64,000 nucleotides of DNA, taken from the human T2T-CHM13v2.0 reference genome, Homo sapiens. Shown piece after piece: positions 1 to 15,745 of this stretch. Under the pieces are notes generated by a model that was given only the letters and a program-made list of their open reading frames with translations, ran no database searches and had not been told where the DNA came from. Every line of letters begins with the position of its first letter. The stretch's first letter is position 1. A program made the position numbers and the translations under genes. Location: NCBI RefSeq assembly GCF_009914755.1, contig NC_060942.1. One strand, 5' to 3'.

Positions 1-213
1 GCCTGGGGCATCCCAAATGCACAGCAAATAGTAGATCTGATCGAAGAACTTTTATTTGTAATTCTGATTTCATAATGTATTAATGATAGCACCAGCTAGC
101 ATTTATTGAGCCAATGCTATGTGTCAAGTACCATACCAAACATTTAACACACACAAATGCATTTAAATATACAAGGATCCAATAAGGTAGGTCCTGTTAT
201 TCCCCTTGTATAA

Positions 214-546
<333 letters not shown>

Positions 547-725
547 TAGCAAGCTTCCCTAGGTGCCCACCCACCCCAGCTGCCAATGGGAACCGCAGTC
601 CAATATTTCACATTTCGGTTAGATGTCTCAAAATTTGTTTAGCACTTTCCAGAGCAGTCCACAAAATGCCACTTGCCTTGACAGGCCTGTGTTCTATATG
701 CAATGGCACCACAGAATTTAGTTAC

Positions 726-1025
726 CATCCACTTTGCCTCCATCCAGTTTGGGATCTTCCTCACTCCGTGAGACACAAGGCTCCTTTCTCCTGCCTCCAG
801 CCGGCCCACCCTCAGAACAGGGTACCCCTGGAGCCAAATTGTTGAGGCAGGAGCTCCAGATGGGTAGAAATGGGATAGAGGAGAAGGAGAGGCTGAGACA
901 GGGACTTTGAGATGCACTGCAAGCCAGCCAGTGGGGAGGCTACCCCTTGGGGGCAAACCACACGCAGGGGACAGGTATACTGGGGCTTGCCTACTGCGGC
1001 AGATCGCAAGTTCATGGCAATATAC
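726..1025 (-). other. Putative 300-nt internal exon
   Basis: Acceptor TGTTTTCACCTACAG|G with upstream CCTTAAC branch-like motif; donor GATG|GTAACT; unique GC-richer sequence; one frame open throughout. Confidence 0.5.
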
Positions 1026-1131
1026 CTGTAGGTGAAAACATGTCAACATGCCCCAATGTTAAGGACAGAACAGCAAAGGGACAGTCAGATACGAGTTAAA
1101 GTCACCGTTCTTCTAGAAACATGGATGTGAA

Positions 1132-1428
1132 TTTTGTTTGTTTTGTTCTGTAACAGAGTCTCGCTCTGTCGCCCAGGCTGGAGTGCAGTGGCACGATCTC
1201 GGCTCACTGCAACTTCTGCCTCCTAGGTTCAAGCGATTCTCCTGCCTCAGCTTCCTGATAGCTGGGATTACAGGCACGTGCCACCACACCTAGCTAATTT
1301 TTGTATTTTTAGTAGAGACAGGGTTTCACCATGTTGGTCAGGCTGGTTTTGAACTCCTTTTCAAGTGATCTGCCCACCTCAGCCTCCCAAAGTGCTGGAA
1401 TTACAGGCGTGAGCCATTGCACCCTGCC
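1132..1428 (-). mobile_element. Alu (AluS-like)
   Basis: Full dimer; tgaatttt in both flanks. Confidence 0.95.
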
Positions 1429-1680
1429 TGGACTTGAATTTTTGTCAGAAAGAGATTTGCAATTAATGCTGATTGCAACTGATGGCAGAATTAAGATGGT
1501 AAGTCTTATATCACAACCACCTCCTAAAATCAAAATGGAGCTGTTTCTGTAGGAGTCAGACTACCTCCTTTAGAGGATATGGGAGTAGTCCATCACTCAT
1601 TCAGACAGTTTTATTAAGCGTGATATAGTCTACCTCTCTCAGCACTGGGCGTGGTGCATCTCCTATTGTTAGGCAATTCC

Positions 1681-1731
1681 CTTACTTCCTGATCCTTCAA
1701 TTCACTTACTTCCTGATCCTTCAATTCACTT
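1681..1731. repeat. Perfect 24-bp tandem duplication
   Basis: cttacttcctgatccttcaattca x2 + ctt. Confidence 0.95.
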
Positions 1732-2879
1732 TCTTTATAATTACGAAATGGTCTGAGATTACCAGGTTCCCCTTGCTCAAGCTTCCAAAAATCAGGCTGA
1801 CAAGTTACATTTGGACATCTGCTCTTCAAAAGCCAAAGGCAGAGTTTTCTGTTAAATAATGAGCTGTCCAAGCATATTTTGATTCATTCAGGCCACATAC
1901 AGCAGCAGGAGTTTCTGGGTGGTGCCTCAGGTCTAAATTTTACTGTAATCCTACAGGTTAGAAATCAATGAGCTGATCAGAACATATCCAGTTTCCAAAG
2001 ATATGAGTGGCACCATCAATATAAATTAGTTCTCCAGTAATGTCAAAGGGCACACTTAGCAGTGCTGTCAGAACAACCAGAAAAACCACATTCAAAAGGG
2101 AACACAGCCTAAGGCACACAACTCATGATAAATACCTGGGAAAAAACCAGTTAGCTCTGCCTTTAGCTGTTCCCACCCCAATTTTCACGATTAAAACTAC
2201 AATCGACATACTAATTAGTCGGCAGACATCTCTATAATGTTTATACTCCTAAAAAACATGTTATGTTGGTTAACTGAACCTATACAATACTTAGAAATCT
2301 CCCTAAAGTTATCCTAAAAACAAAACAAAAACAAAAACTTTGCAAGCTTTCTGAGTTCAAACCTGTAATTTTGTTACCTATCAGTGCTTTATAAAAGAGC
2401 TAAGATAATTATAAGGAACAAGCCTCCTAAAATGTAAAATTCCATTGTTCCTCTACTACCCGCCCATCAGTGGCAAATAAACACCTTACCATGACATTCA
2501 CTGTGAGTATTGCTAGCGGGAGAAGTGGAGGAGAAAGCAGTCAATTATACCTGATGATCAGGGATGGAGAGAGACAGGAGGGATGCTGAGTTGGCCTTGA
2601 AGGTCAAGTCCCAAGCTGGGCCACTATCTGATTGGGAGATAGAAAGTGAGAGGAGAAAGGCATTTCTGGAAAGAAATCCCTGGGGGCAAATATTCTGCAG
2701 CACTGAAGGCACACAGGATTAGTTCAGTTACTAAAGTGCGGGTAGACAGGGGAGGAAGAAGAAGAGAGTTGGAAGAGGAGACTGGAAAGCAGACTGAGGC
2801 AAGGCTGGGAAGGCCTTGGGTGCTAGCGGCATTTGGAATTTGTGTGCTAAGCAGGGAGAGGCCATCTGAGTTCTCCCAT

Positions 2880-3720
2880 GCATTGAGTAAACAACACGTC
2901 CCGACCTCGTGGCAGGTATTCAGTCAGCTGCTGGTGAGCAACGTGGCTCCTGTCCCTATGAAGCTTAAAGTCTAGGGTAAGGCAGACCCTAGGAATTCGG
3001 CGCACAGAAGCCTGTCTGCTGTGATGGAGAAGTAACAGGGACGATGAGGACATAGAGCAGGGAAGGGGGCCTAGGAAGCTATTCTGGAAGAAGTGAGTTG
3101 GTTCCTGAAGTTGAAGCACCTGCAGAGGTGAGGAGGTGGGGAGCAGAAGTGCAGGATCCATCTGTGCAAAGAGCCTGGGGCCTCAACAACACGAACTGTT
3201 TTAATCAGATTTGCATTTTAGAAATGATAACCCTAGGCCTGGAGCGGTGGCTCATGCCTGTAATTCCAACACTACGGGAGGCAGAGGCTCTACTAACAAA
3301 TCTCTACTAAAAATACAAAAATTAGCTGGGTGTGGTGGTGCATGCCTGTAATTCCAGCTACTCAGGAGGCTGAAGCAGGAAAATCTCTTAACACAGGAGG
3401 CAGAGGACGCAGTGAGCCAAGATCACACCATTGCACTCCAGCCTGGGTGACAGAGCGAGACTCTGTCTAAAAAAAAAAAAAAAAAAAGAAAAGAAAGAAA
3501 TGATAACCCTGACCAAGGACTCCAGGAAAAGATGGTGTTAATCTGTGGCCAAGACAAGAGTGCAGAAAGTCCTTACTGTCCTCTGGCAACAGGGGCCAAA
3601 GGCGGAGGCTAATAAGGTGGTGCAGACAGAAAGGGTGGGATTTATGGCAGAACTTTCAGAGGCAGAGGCAGCATTTTACAACTCACTTCATCCGGGCAGG
3701 GGGTCTGGGAGGAAAAACAT
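2880..3720 (-). mobile_element. L2 remnant interrupted by Alu
   Basis: Degenerate L2 3'-region motifs on both sides of the Alu. Confidence 0.5.
3236..3495 (+). mobile_element. Alu with left-arm internal deletion
   Basis: TSD agaaatgataaccct at 3220-3234 and 3496-3510. Confidence 0.95.
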
Positions 3721-3859
3721 TGAAAAAGGTGCCCAGTTTCTAGCCTTAGCAACTGCTGCAGGCAGCTGAACTCTGCAAGGGTTCTTATTTGGCCCCGACA
3801 TTCTATACGCACTTATTAGCATTTTATTCAAGAAGAGAGTGGTTCCCCCAAATGTTTCC

Positions 3860-5025
3860 ATATTTAGCCAAAGGAAGCTAAATTTCAAACTTCAAGTGTC
3901 TACTCAAACCTAAGACTGAACCCCTCAATTTCCCTCATAACTCCATTATCCCCCAGGCTTCCTCACGTCAGTAAAAGGCAACCCCATCTCCCAGGTGCTC
4001 ATGCCAAACACCTAGAGTCATGCTGGAGTCTCATCTTCCCTCCTACCCTGCTCCCTATTCATCCGTAAGCCCTAGGCTCTGCCTTCCAAATGTTTCCAGA
4101 ACCTAAAACCTCTCCTCACCTCCCTGCAAGCTGCTTGGCTGAAGCTCTGTTCTCCCTCACCCGGATTAGAGGTAGCCCCAGACAGCATGCCCTTCAGTCT
4201 AGCTCCAACATGGAGGGCAGGCTGATTCTTTCCAAAGGTAATCAGATGGAGTTACTCCTCGGCTCGAAACTCTGCAGTGGGTTCTCACTTCTCTCAGAGT
4301 AAAACCCAAAATCTACCTGCTCTCTTTCCCTCTCATCTACAGCCACCCTGCTGTCTCCCTGGTCCTGGAGCTTGGGGCCACACAGTGTCTGTTCCTGTAC
4401 CTGGAATGCTCTTCCCCCGTAGCCACAAGGCTTAGCCCCTCACCTTACTGTCCTAGCTCTAATGTCACCTTTTTAGGAGCCCAATCACCACCATATTTAA
4501 ACCCCAGCCTTGCCAGTCCCCCTTCTTTACATTGTTGTCCATAGCACTTCTCATCTGCTATCAGACTTTAAAATTTATTAGGCTGGGCACAGTGGCTCAT
4601 GCCTATAATCCCAGCACTTTGGGAGGCCAAGGCAGGTGGAACACCTGAGGTCAGGAGTCTGAGACCAGCCTGGCCAACATGGCGAAGCCCCGTCTCTACA
4701 AAAATACAAAAATTAGCTGGACATGATGGTGTGTGCCTGTAATCCCAGCTACATGGTAGGCTGGGGCAGGAGAACTGCTTGAACCTGGAGGCGGAGGTTG
4801 CAGTGAGCTGAGATTGTGCCATTGCACTCCAGCCTGGGCGACAGAGTGTGAGACTCCATCTCAAAAATAAATAAAATTTATTTATTAATAATCTCTTCTA
4901 ACCGGAATGTACACTCCCAGAGCAAAGGGATTTTTGCTTATTTTGTTTAGCTACATCCCCAGCACCCAGAATACAGTACAATGTACGGTAACTATCTTAC
5001 AGATGTTTGTTGACTGAATGAAAAG
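3860..5025 (+). mobile_element. L2 remnant interrupted by Alu
   Basis: Ends in L2-type tail tgtttgttgactgaatgaa; typical L2 motifs (ctggaatgctcttccc, aatgtcacct). Confidence 0.65.
4581..4875 (+). mobile_element. Alu (AluS-like)
   Basis: Full dimer with A tail. Confidence 0.95.
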
Positions 5026-5296
5026 TCACCTATTAATAAGGCTCCCTGAGTCACCTGGACAAAATAGTAAGCCCTCACCTCTTTTGCCCTTCATGCTTAT
5101 TTATTTTTCCTTGCATATATCATCAACGTGTGATAAATGTTAATACCACATATTAGTGTGTTTATTCTCTTCTCCACACAAGAATGCCAACTCCATAGGG
5201 GCAGGAATCTTGTCTCTTTTCTCTTTGTTGTATGATGAACACCCAGGACAGAGCCTGGCACAGAGGAGATGAGAAAGATATGGAAGGAGAGACAGA

Positions 5297-5590
5297 GGTC
5301 AGGTGTGGTGGCTCATGCCTGTAATCCCAACACTTTGGGAGGCCAAGAGGGGTGCACTGCTTGAGCCTGGAGAGTTCGAGACCAGCTTGGGCAACATGGT
5401 GAAACCCCGTCTCTACAAAAAGTACAAAAATAGTAGTTGGGCGTGGTGGCATGTGCCTGTAGTCCCAGCTACTTGAAAAGCTGAGTCGGGAGGATTGCTT
5501 GAGCCCAGGGGTCAAGGCTGCAGTGAGCAATGATCATGTCATTGCAGTCCAGCCTGGGTGACAGATGGAGACCCTGTCTCAAAAAAAGAA
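5297..5590 (+). mobile_element. Alu (AluJ-like)
   Basis: Full dimer, J-type right arm. Confidence 0.95.
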
Positions 5591-5787
5591 AAGAGAAAGA
5601 GAAGGAAGGAGGGGGAGAGAGACGAAAGAAAGAAAAAGAAAGGAGGAGGGAAGGAGGAAGGAGAGGGGCGGAATGGAGGGAAAAGGAGAAGGAAAGACAG
5701 AAGAAGGAAGAGAGGGAGGAAGGGAGAAGGGAGGAAAGAGAAAGAAGGAGACAGGGAGTGCGGAAAGAAATAGAAAGGAGGAAGGAA
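5581..5787 (+). repeat. GA-rich polypurine low-complexity tract
   Basis: ~200 nt almost entirely A/G extending the Alu tail. Confidence 0.9.
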
Positions 5788-5907
5788 TTCTAACTCCATA
5801 TTATCAAGGTCACAGATGAGTAGCCTAAAATAAAAAATTGGTTGTTCTACCTAGAGCGAGAGATTCTGTCAGGATTCTGTCAGAGAGCAGTGAAACAACT
5901 GGCCATG

Positions 5908-6209
<302 letters not shown>

Positions 6210-7245
6210 GGCATTTCTTTAAAATCTATCCATTCATGTGCTCCATTAGTCAAAATAAAAGGCAATATCTAGTAATGATGCCAGGATAAGGAGTAGGCTA
6301 CATTGGATTCTAATCAAAGGAGGCATGAGTCACTGAAAAACCATCATCATTTGTTGGCTGCTTTCTTCTATAGTTTCTGAACAATAAATAAGAAGGATTG
6401 GCCAATCTTGTTACTTGGCATAATAAACCAGGTAAGCATACTTGATGATTCAATTCCATTTGGAACCGATACTACACGTTAAGGAAACAAAACTAACATT
6501 GGCATTCAGCTGAGTTCTGTCCAACGACCCTTTGCCTCCACTGTGTCTTGTTGGGCATGCTGCTATAATTTTAAAGGTAATGACTGTAATAGTACCACCT
6601 CGCATTCATGTGAGTTCACGTGAATTAGGCTTCTACCACTCTTGAAAGTAATTTTAATTATCTCGTTTAATGACCTTCACCTTGCAGGAAAGAAACAGAG
6701 ACATGAAGAGGTTAAGACAAGTGACGGAGGTCTCAGGGCCAGGCAGGGAAAGAGTGACTTGTTTTGGAGGGTGGGAGCCCACCCACACAATCAACCACAG
6801 TCACCCAGATCTGCCCACTGAGGTGAGAGAAAGGAGGGGAAATAAAACAGCAAGCCCTTTTCTTTCCTCCTCATATCTGTTCTCAGGACTCATTTCCTGT
6901 CTAACTCAGAGTCACCTTAGATCCTTAAAAGTGACTGGAACCAAGTCACTAAAAAAAAAAAAAAAGAAAGAAAAAAGCAATTATTTTTCACAATATGAAG
7001 CCTTCTTTGGGAGAAGTTGGCTAGAAAATAATAGGAGAAAAGGCTGGAACAACTGTCTAGGACATTTCCTAATATGTTATTTTCACCCCCCTTCCCTCAA
7101 AGGTCAACAAGATACTCCACTGTGGAAGCTTCTTCAAAAGCAGTTCATCTGGATGTCTTCAATACTCCAGATGGCTTCTCTAAGTCCTACTCCAGGCCGA
7201 TCGTTATGCAATCTGTTATCTTCCTTTCCAACTGTTTTCTCAGGC

Positions 7246-7541
7246 TTTTTTTTTTTTTTTTAAATAGGGTATCACTGTCGCCCAGGCTGGAGTACGGTGG
7301 TGTGATCACAGCTCACTGCAGCCTTGACCTCTTGGGCTCAAGTGATTCCTCCCACCTCAGCCTCCCATGTAGCTGGGACTATAGGCATGTGCCACCACAC
7401 CCAGCTGATTTTTACATTTTTTGTAGAGATGGGATTTCGCTATGTTTCCCAGGCTAGTCTTGAACTTTTGGGTTCAAGCAATCTGCCCGGCTCAGCATCT
7501 GAAAGTGCTGGAATTACAGGTGTGAGCCACAGTGCCTAGCC
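7246..7541 (-). mobile_element. Alu (AluJ-like)
   Basis: Full dimer. Confidence 0.95.
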
Positions 7542-7823
7542 AGGCTAATTTCTTATCTATTGAAAGCTGGAATCCAATGCAGGAATCCAATGCAGAAACT
7601 ATGTAAGATTTCAATCTGTTATATATCTACCATCTTCCTGAGACAGGCCATTGAAAGTCAAATTCCACTGTCATTTGTTCCAGGGGAAAAAAGAAACATG
7701 AATATATATGTTTGTAAACACAAAGATGATTTCTAAAAAGATAACCAATAAACTGGTGATGGCCCGTGCCTTTGGGTAGGAGAGTTGGGTAACTGGGTTA
7801 AAAGGAGGCAGGAAAACTGACAC

Positions 7824-8206
<383 letters not shown>

Positions 8207-8399
8207 TAAATGAAAAAACAAATAATAGGTGGAACAAAACTGAAGCTTGGAAACTGTGGGAGCCCTTTATCAGGAAATAACAAACATGATGGTATCACAT
8301 CTTGACTTTCCAGTGATGGTCAACAACAGAAGCATTTACCAGATAGTGAGCTCCCCACATGCAAGCGGCAACTTTAATTGTACCTTAAATCTTTGCCCT

Positions 8400-9180
<781 letters not shown>

Positions 9181-9199
9181 CCAGAAACAGAAGAAATCA

Positions 9200-9649
<450 letters not shown>

Positions 9650-9880
9650 TCACTCAAACCAGCATTGAGAGAGGCAGAGAATTAGGAGCACTCACAGGCA
9701 GAGCTGAAAGGCTCCCAGAAGGGGCAAAAATAAAATGTAAAATTAACCTTTGAAATCCAAAGTTGGTATCAGGTATAGCCTAATGTTCACTTTTTAATTT
9801 TAGCAACACCGAACATGGTATTTCTACCTTATTTTTAGTATAATTATCCATTCTTAACTTGTGTAATGAAAGAAAAAATA

Positions 9881-10190
9881 GGGGCGGGCATGGCGGCTCA
9901 CGCCTGTAATCCCAGCACTTTGGGAGGCCGAGGCGGGTAGGTCACGAGGTCAGCACTTCGAGACCAGCCCAACCAACATGGTGAAACCCCGTCTCTACTA
10001 AAAACACAAAAAAATTAGCTGGGCGTGGTGGCGGGTGCCTGTAATCCCAGTGACTTGGGAGGCTGAGGCAGAATTGCTTGAAAACTGGAAGACAGAGGTT
10101 GCAGTGAGCCGAGATTTCCCACTGCACTCCAGCCTGGGAAATAAGAGCAAAACTCCGTCTCAAAAAAAAAAAAAAGAGAAAGAAAGAAAA
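9881..10190 (+). mobile_element. Alu (AluS-like)
   Basis: Full dimer. Confidence 0.95.
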
Positions 10191-11956
10191 AATAACAAAA
10201 ATAACATAGGTAAATTAACAGTTATAATATTAAACAGTCTCTTTTGGCTAAACCTGTTATAAATCACCACGGCATATAAATGTTAGAGCTTAGATGCTGA
10301 ATAAACCAACTGGCCTTGAAGCCCACATTTCTAATTCTCATAACAGATTTATTATGAATCTCAAATTTCACAAATTTGTCTGTCTGTGTAAAATTGTTTT
10401 GGAAGATGTCAATAAATGTAGAGGAATGTTTAAAATCTGAAGTTGGAAAAAGGTAAAGCAAACATTAGTTTTTAATCTTTTGCTCACTTGAGTAAATCCT
10501 TGAAAGGATTAAAAAATATCCAACTTGTGAAATTTGTTTAAAGTCCTTTTAAAATAAAAATGCATAAATGTATAATTACTCTAAACCTAACTGAAGACTT
10601 TATAGAATTCACCCAATTTGAAAACAGGTCTTCTGGCCTGTTTCCCAAGTCATTATGCACAGCTGTGGGAAACATCCTGTTGTATGTTTACATATATTAA
10701 CAGCTTCAGGAATTTCACAATTAAAACTACGGTGGGCTGGTTTCCAATTCAGGCAGCTGGGTGAGGGGGTGTGGAGAGCAGGCAAACCAGAAATAAAAAC
10801 AAGCTTCTTGAAAGATGGGGGAAAGGAAATCGTAACTACTTAGTAATCAGGAGTCCATATAGTTTGCCAGTTCTACTAAACGCTGGAGGGATTTCATTTA
10901 AACCCTAAGAAATACACTTGTTCAATCATTTTGCAGCCTTCAAAATCTCTCAGTTGGCTTCAACCAAGAGGTTGCCTGATGGAGGTAATATTGTACACGA
11001 TATGTAAAAAACTTTTATTTTTTTCTGTGGACAGTTTCACCCCAACAGAAGGAAGCTGTGGTTTCACCTTTCTCTCTTTTGTTTTTCCAGCATGCCTGCC
11101 CCTCGTCCTGACATAACTGATTAGGAAATGATTTCTAAATGGTCAAGAGTCCAGCCTCGATAGCCACTTCTCTGATTCCAACAGAATTTCTACAGAAGAC
11201 AATTTCCTTGTCTCAGCAAGGTATGTATGATATATGTGGCCTGGCCAGGCCGGCTGCTCAAACAGAGCTGTGTTTGGGTCAGCCCACTGTTTAAAATGTT
11301 AAAATCAGACATGAAGACCATTCACATAACCACTGCTGGTCAGATATGAGTCATCTCCAAGAACACCAAAAAAGGAAGCATTAAATGCTGATTGGTCTCC
11401 TTCAAAATCACTTGGGAAACTCCAGAAAGGGAAGGGATAAAACACAGGAACTTCTACTTCTTCAAAGTCTCCCGAGGTGATTTTTAATACTCAGAAGTTG
11501 GGACTGAGTTCCTGATCTAGGTTGAAGTGTAATGTGAATTCCATTCTTGCCAGTAGGTGCGTTATTTTAATCATTATCTTTATTCTTGAGACTGTTTCAC
11601 TCCATCTGGAGACAGCTTTGTTGAGTTTTGGCAACACTGCAGAGTTGTTAAAATCATAAAACAGAACCACCTGTTTTTGAGCTATATGGGTTATTAGAAA
11701 AAATATCCAAAATTCTTTATTTTTACAAGAGGAATCCAGAGCTCAGAAAGATTAGGGGAGGTGTGAGTGCTGAACTTGTATTTAGTCTCCCTGGGCCTCA
11801 GTGTCCCCATCTGTAAAGTGAAAATTAATATATTCATTAATTGATCAGTTATTGAATGCCTACTAGGTTGTGGACTCCAGGGATGAAGAAGATACGTGAT
11901 CTCTCACTATAACTTAAATCCTAACACAGACTGTTACAGTTCAATATGGGAAACAT

Positions 11957-12258
11957 AGGTGGGTGCAGTGGCTCGCACCAGTAATTCCAGTACTTTGGGA
12001 GGCCGAGATGGGAGGATAGCTTGATGTTGATGCCAGGAGTTTGAGACCAGCCTGAACAACATAAGGATACCCCTGTCTCTACAAAAGAAGAAATTTTAAT
12101 TAGCCAGGCATAGTGGCACACACCTGTAGTCCTAGCCACTCAGGAGGCTGAGGCTGGAGGATGGCCTGAGTCCAGAAGTTTAAAGCTGCAGTGAGCTGTG
12201 TATGATCAGGCCACTGCACTCCAACCTGGGCAACAGAGCGAGAACCCATCTCTAAAAA
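11957..12258 (+). mobile_element. Alu (AluJ-like)
   Basis: Full dimer. Confidence 0.93.
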
Positions 12259-13064
12259 CCAGTAATAATAATATTTAAAATACAGTAAATGCCAGGAGAA
12301 GACAATATGCTCAGGTTGCAGTGGGAGCTTGGCAAAACCATACCTAACCCAGCCTGGGAAGCACATGGGAGGCCTCTGCCATAGGGCAGAAAGCTGCTGC
12401 AGTGAAATCCATTTAATTGGAGAATGGAGCAGAAAGGGCAGAAGATGCAAAGAAGCCCTGCTGTCTATAGAATTTGCGAAAATAAGATGAAGCAATAGTT
12501 TGCCAGCAGCAAATAACTACACAGATATGAGCTATGAAATTAAGTAAGACTCATCAAGGCCACCCACAGCTGCTGCGTTGCAGACGCCAATCCAGCATCC
12601 TTACGTTACACCATTCATTTATTTCAATCATTTTCCCCATAGGTTTATATCTAGACATTTCCATAAACCCAAGTAAATTTTTTATTATGCGTGTAGGCAT
12701 CCTATAAAGAGTAGACTCTTACATTGTCTACTTTCCAAGCCATTCTCTGTCTTGACTACGCATGAGAGAATCAGCCAGGTTTATCCCAGACTGGCTAATA
12801 AGACTCTGGCAAGGAGAACTCAGGCATCAATGTTTTTGATGCTTCCCAGGTGAACTTGAGAATCTCATTTATCAAAAAGTCAAGAATGAATGGTGCGCAC
12901 ACACACAGACAAAAAATTCTTCAGTCACCTCTGGTTTATGCATTTTTAGAAAGGCTCCAGATAATATGAAATCTATTTGTTTGAGCCTTGACTATAATAT
13001 GATTCTTTTAGGAAAACAGATTTACTGTCTAAATGATACCTGGCTCAGATTAATTCTAGTTTGT

Positions 13065-13067
<3 letters not shown>

Positions 13068-13096
<29 letters not shown>

Positions 13097-13378
13097 GAGA
13101 CAGAGTCTCACTCTTGTTGCCTAGGCTAAAGTGCAATGGTGCAATCCTGGCTCACTGCAAACTCGCCTCCTGGGTTCAAGCAATTCTCGTGGCTCAACCT
13201 CCCGAGTAGCTGGGATTACAGGCACCCACCACCATGCCCAGCTAATTTTTTTATTTTTAGTAGCGACAGGGTTTCACCATGTTGGTCTGGCTGGTCTCAA
13301 ACTCCTGAGCTCAAGTGATCTGCCTGCCTCAGCCTCCCAAAGTGCTGGGATTACAGGCGTGAGCCACGGTGCCCGGCC
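13068..13378 (-). mobile_element. Alu (AluS-like)
   Basis: Full dimer with long T run; tagtttgtct in both flanks. Confidence 0.95.
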
Positions 13379-13764
13379 TAGTTTGTCTTTTCTAAAGATG
13401 CACTGGCTGAAGGGAGGCGGGGACGTTCCTAGAAGTATGATGGGTGACAGAGAACACACTATTCAGGTTAAGAATGCTCTACAGAGAGACTATAAAGTAG
13501 AAACTGTAAAGATTACAGGGGAAAGAGGGCATCTGATGGAACGCAGGCATGGATAAGATAATATTTATATATCTTTATGTTTAACAAAAGTTCTAACATG
13601 CTTACTGTGGTCCTTTGAAACTGATGACAGGCACACAACAGGGTGGACACATATGGTTTAACAAACAAGTCTTTTTTATGTATTTATTTCCTTTAATAAT
13701 ATAGAAAGACTGTGGGGAATAAGAACTTTAAAAATATCGAATATGCCTGGTAGATGCTGCCTTA

Positions 13765-14120
<356 letters not shown>

Positions 14121-14269
14121 AAAGGAAATTAAGCATTGAAGAAAACACAGAAGCCGTCTCCTCTACCATACATCGAAGGGCGCATGGTGACAGAGCTGTT
14201 GTCATTTCAACAGTATTTCTGGGCTTCCCCTGTTCTCTACATCCTTGCTACTTGAAAAAGAAAGAGTGA

Positions 14270-14880
14270 GCAGAGGACATAACTCAGGAGGGACTCCTAC
14301 TTTAATTTTTACTGGGGTGGGCAGAGACTACGCTGAAGAAATGACATTTGGGCCAAAAGGCAAAAGATAAGGAGCCTTTCAGAGGAAGAGCTTTTCAAGC
14401 GAGAAAGCAGCAAATCTGAAGTTCCTGGGACAGGAAGGGACTCGTCATGCTTCAGAAACTGAAGGAGAAAAAGAATGGAATTTGCAGGGGGAAGCCGGGG
14501 TCAGGGCGGGCTGGGCATAGAGAGCTGTGGAGAGAAGGTAGCTGTTGTTAAAACCACAGCATGAGCTACTGCAAGGGTTGGCAGGATCTGAGTGGGTGCT
14601 CTGGTTTGGAAGGGGCAGGGTAGAAGTGTAGCCCTCATGTAAGAAGGCTACTGGAATGGTCCAGGAGAGGGAGGATGACAGCTTGAACCTCGCGGATGGC
14701 AGCGGAGATAGAGGTTATCAGGTGGAGTCAAGGTCTTCCAGAGGTAGAAGCAACAGGCCTTGGAGACGGATTGGAAATGAAAGCAGGGTGCAGTCTGGAA
14801 GAGAAAGGGGTCAGAGATCAAGTCCAGGCTTAAGCCAGAAGGCTTAAGCACCAGCTAGAGGGGTATCATCTTCTCAACTG
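14270..14880 (-). mobile_element. L2 remnant
   Basis: Degenerate purine-rich L2 antisense motifs (gaaatgacatttgggc, ggatctgag...ggctact). Confidence 0.5.
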
Positions 14881-14920
14881 ATGTCAGAGTTCAATGCTCA
14901 AGGTGCTGTGTTTAGGGGCA

Positions 14921-14967
14921 TGCAGGAGAGTATTATGAAACGTGCAGGAGAGTATTATGAAACGTGC
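14921..14967. repeat. Perfect 22-bp tandem duplication
   Basis: tgcaggagagtattatgaaacg x2 + tgc. Confidence 0.95.
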
Positions 14968-15024
14968 CTATGACTAAGTCCTGCGAAACCGTAGCATTTT
15001 AAGAGGACTCCTACCCGTGGTTTA

Positions 15025-15210
15025 GGGTAGAATTCCTCAGCCTCAACCCTAGTGACGTTTTGGGTAAGATACTTCTTTGTTGTAGAGGCTGAGCTGCATA
15101 TTGTAGGATATTTAGAAGTATCCCTGGCCTTGACCACTGGACGCTTGTAGCATCCTGAATTGTGACAACTTAAAATGTTCCCCAGGGAGCAAAAGTCACA
15201 TCTGGTTGAC
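15025..15210. mobile_element. MER20 (hAT-Charlie MITE)
   Basis: ttctttgttg...gcatattgtaggatatttag...tccctggcct...ttgtgacaac matches the MER20 core. Confidence 0.8.
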
Positions 15211-15745
15211 TAAGTTAAGTATACTTTTACAAAGTCTTTAATAAACTGGTGCCGGTCTTCTGTCTCAAAAAGTTCACGGGCAGGCCAGAGTAAGAGCTTC
15301 ACAAATCATTTCAATTTTCTCATGTTCCGGCTTTGTTGACAAGCACCTAAAATTGACTTTAAAAAACCAGACCTAGTATTAAGGTGGATGCTGCCTCATC
15401 GAATTAGAAAACAATTGGAGTTATACTAACCCCAAAATACACAAGATCTTGAAAAATCTTTATCCTTTGTCTTTTGACAACAACATAAACCCAAAATAGA
15501 GCAGTGAGTGGATATAGGTGTTAGCTGGATTTTCCCCTGTATGTAAATATTTCATAGCTCAGAGTTATGGGATGGTGTTTATTTCAAATAACATTTGTAA
15601 AAATATCTCTAACCCAAACCAAAATGCCATAAGAGTCCTTTTTTTCCTAAGTAGATGCTTAAAACAAATTCCCGATATTTTTGTTGCATTTCCAAAGTAT
15701 GGCAGTAAGTATCAAAAGTTAGTGCAAAAATCTTTAAATATCTAT

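Noticed and set aside
5530-5819. Charged R/E/K-rich ORFs
   Set aside because: Low-complexity GA tract
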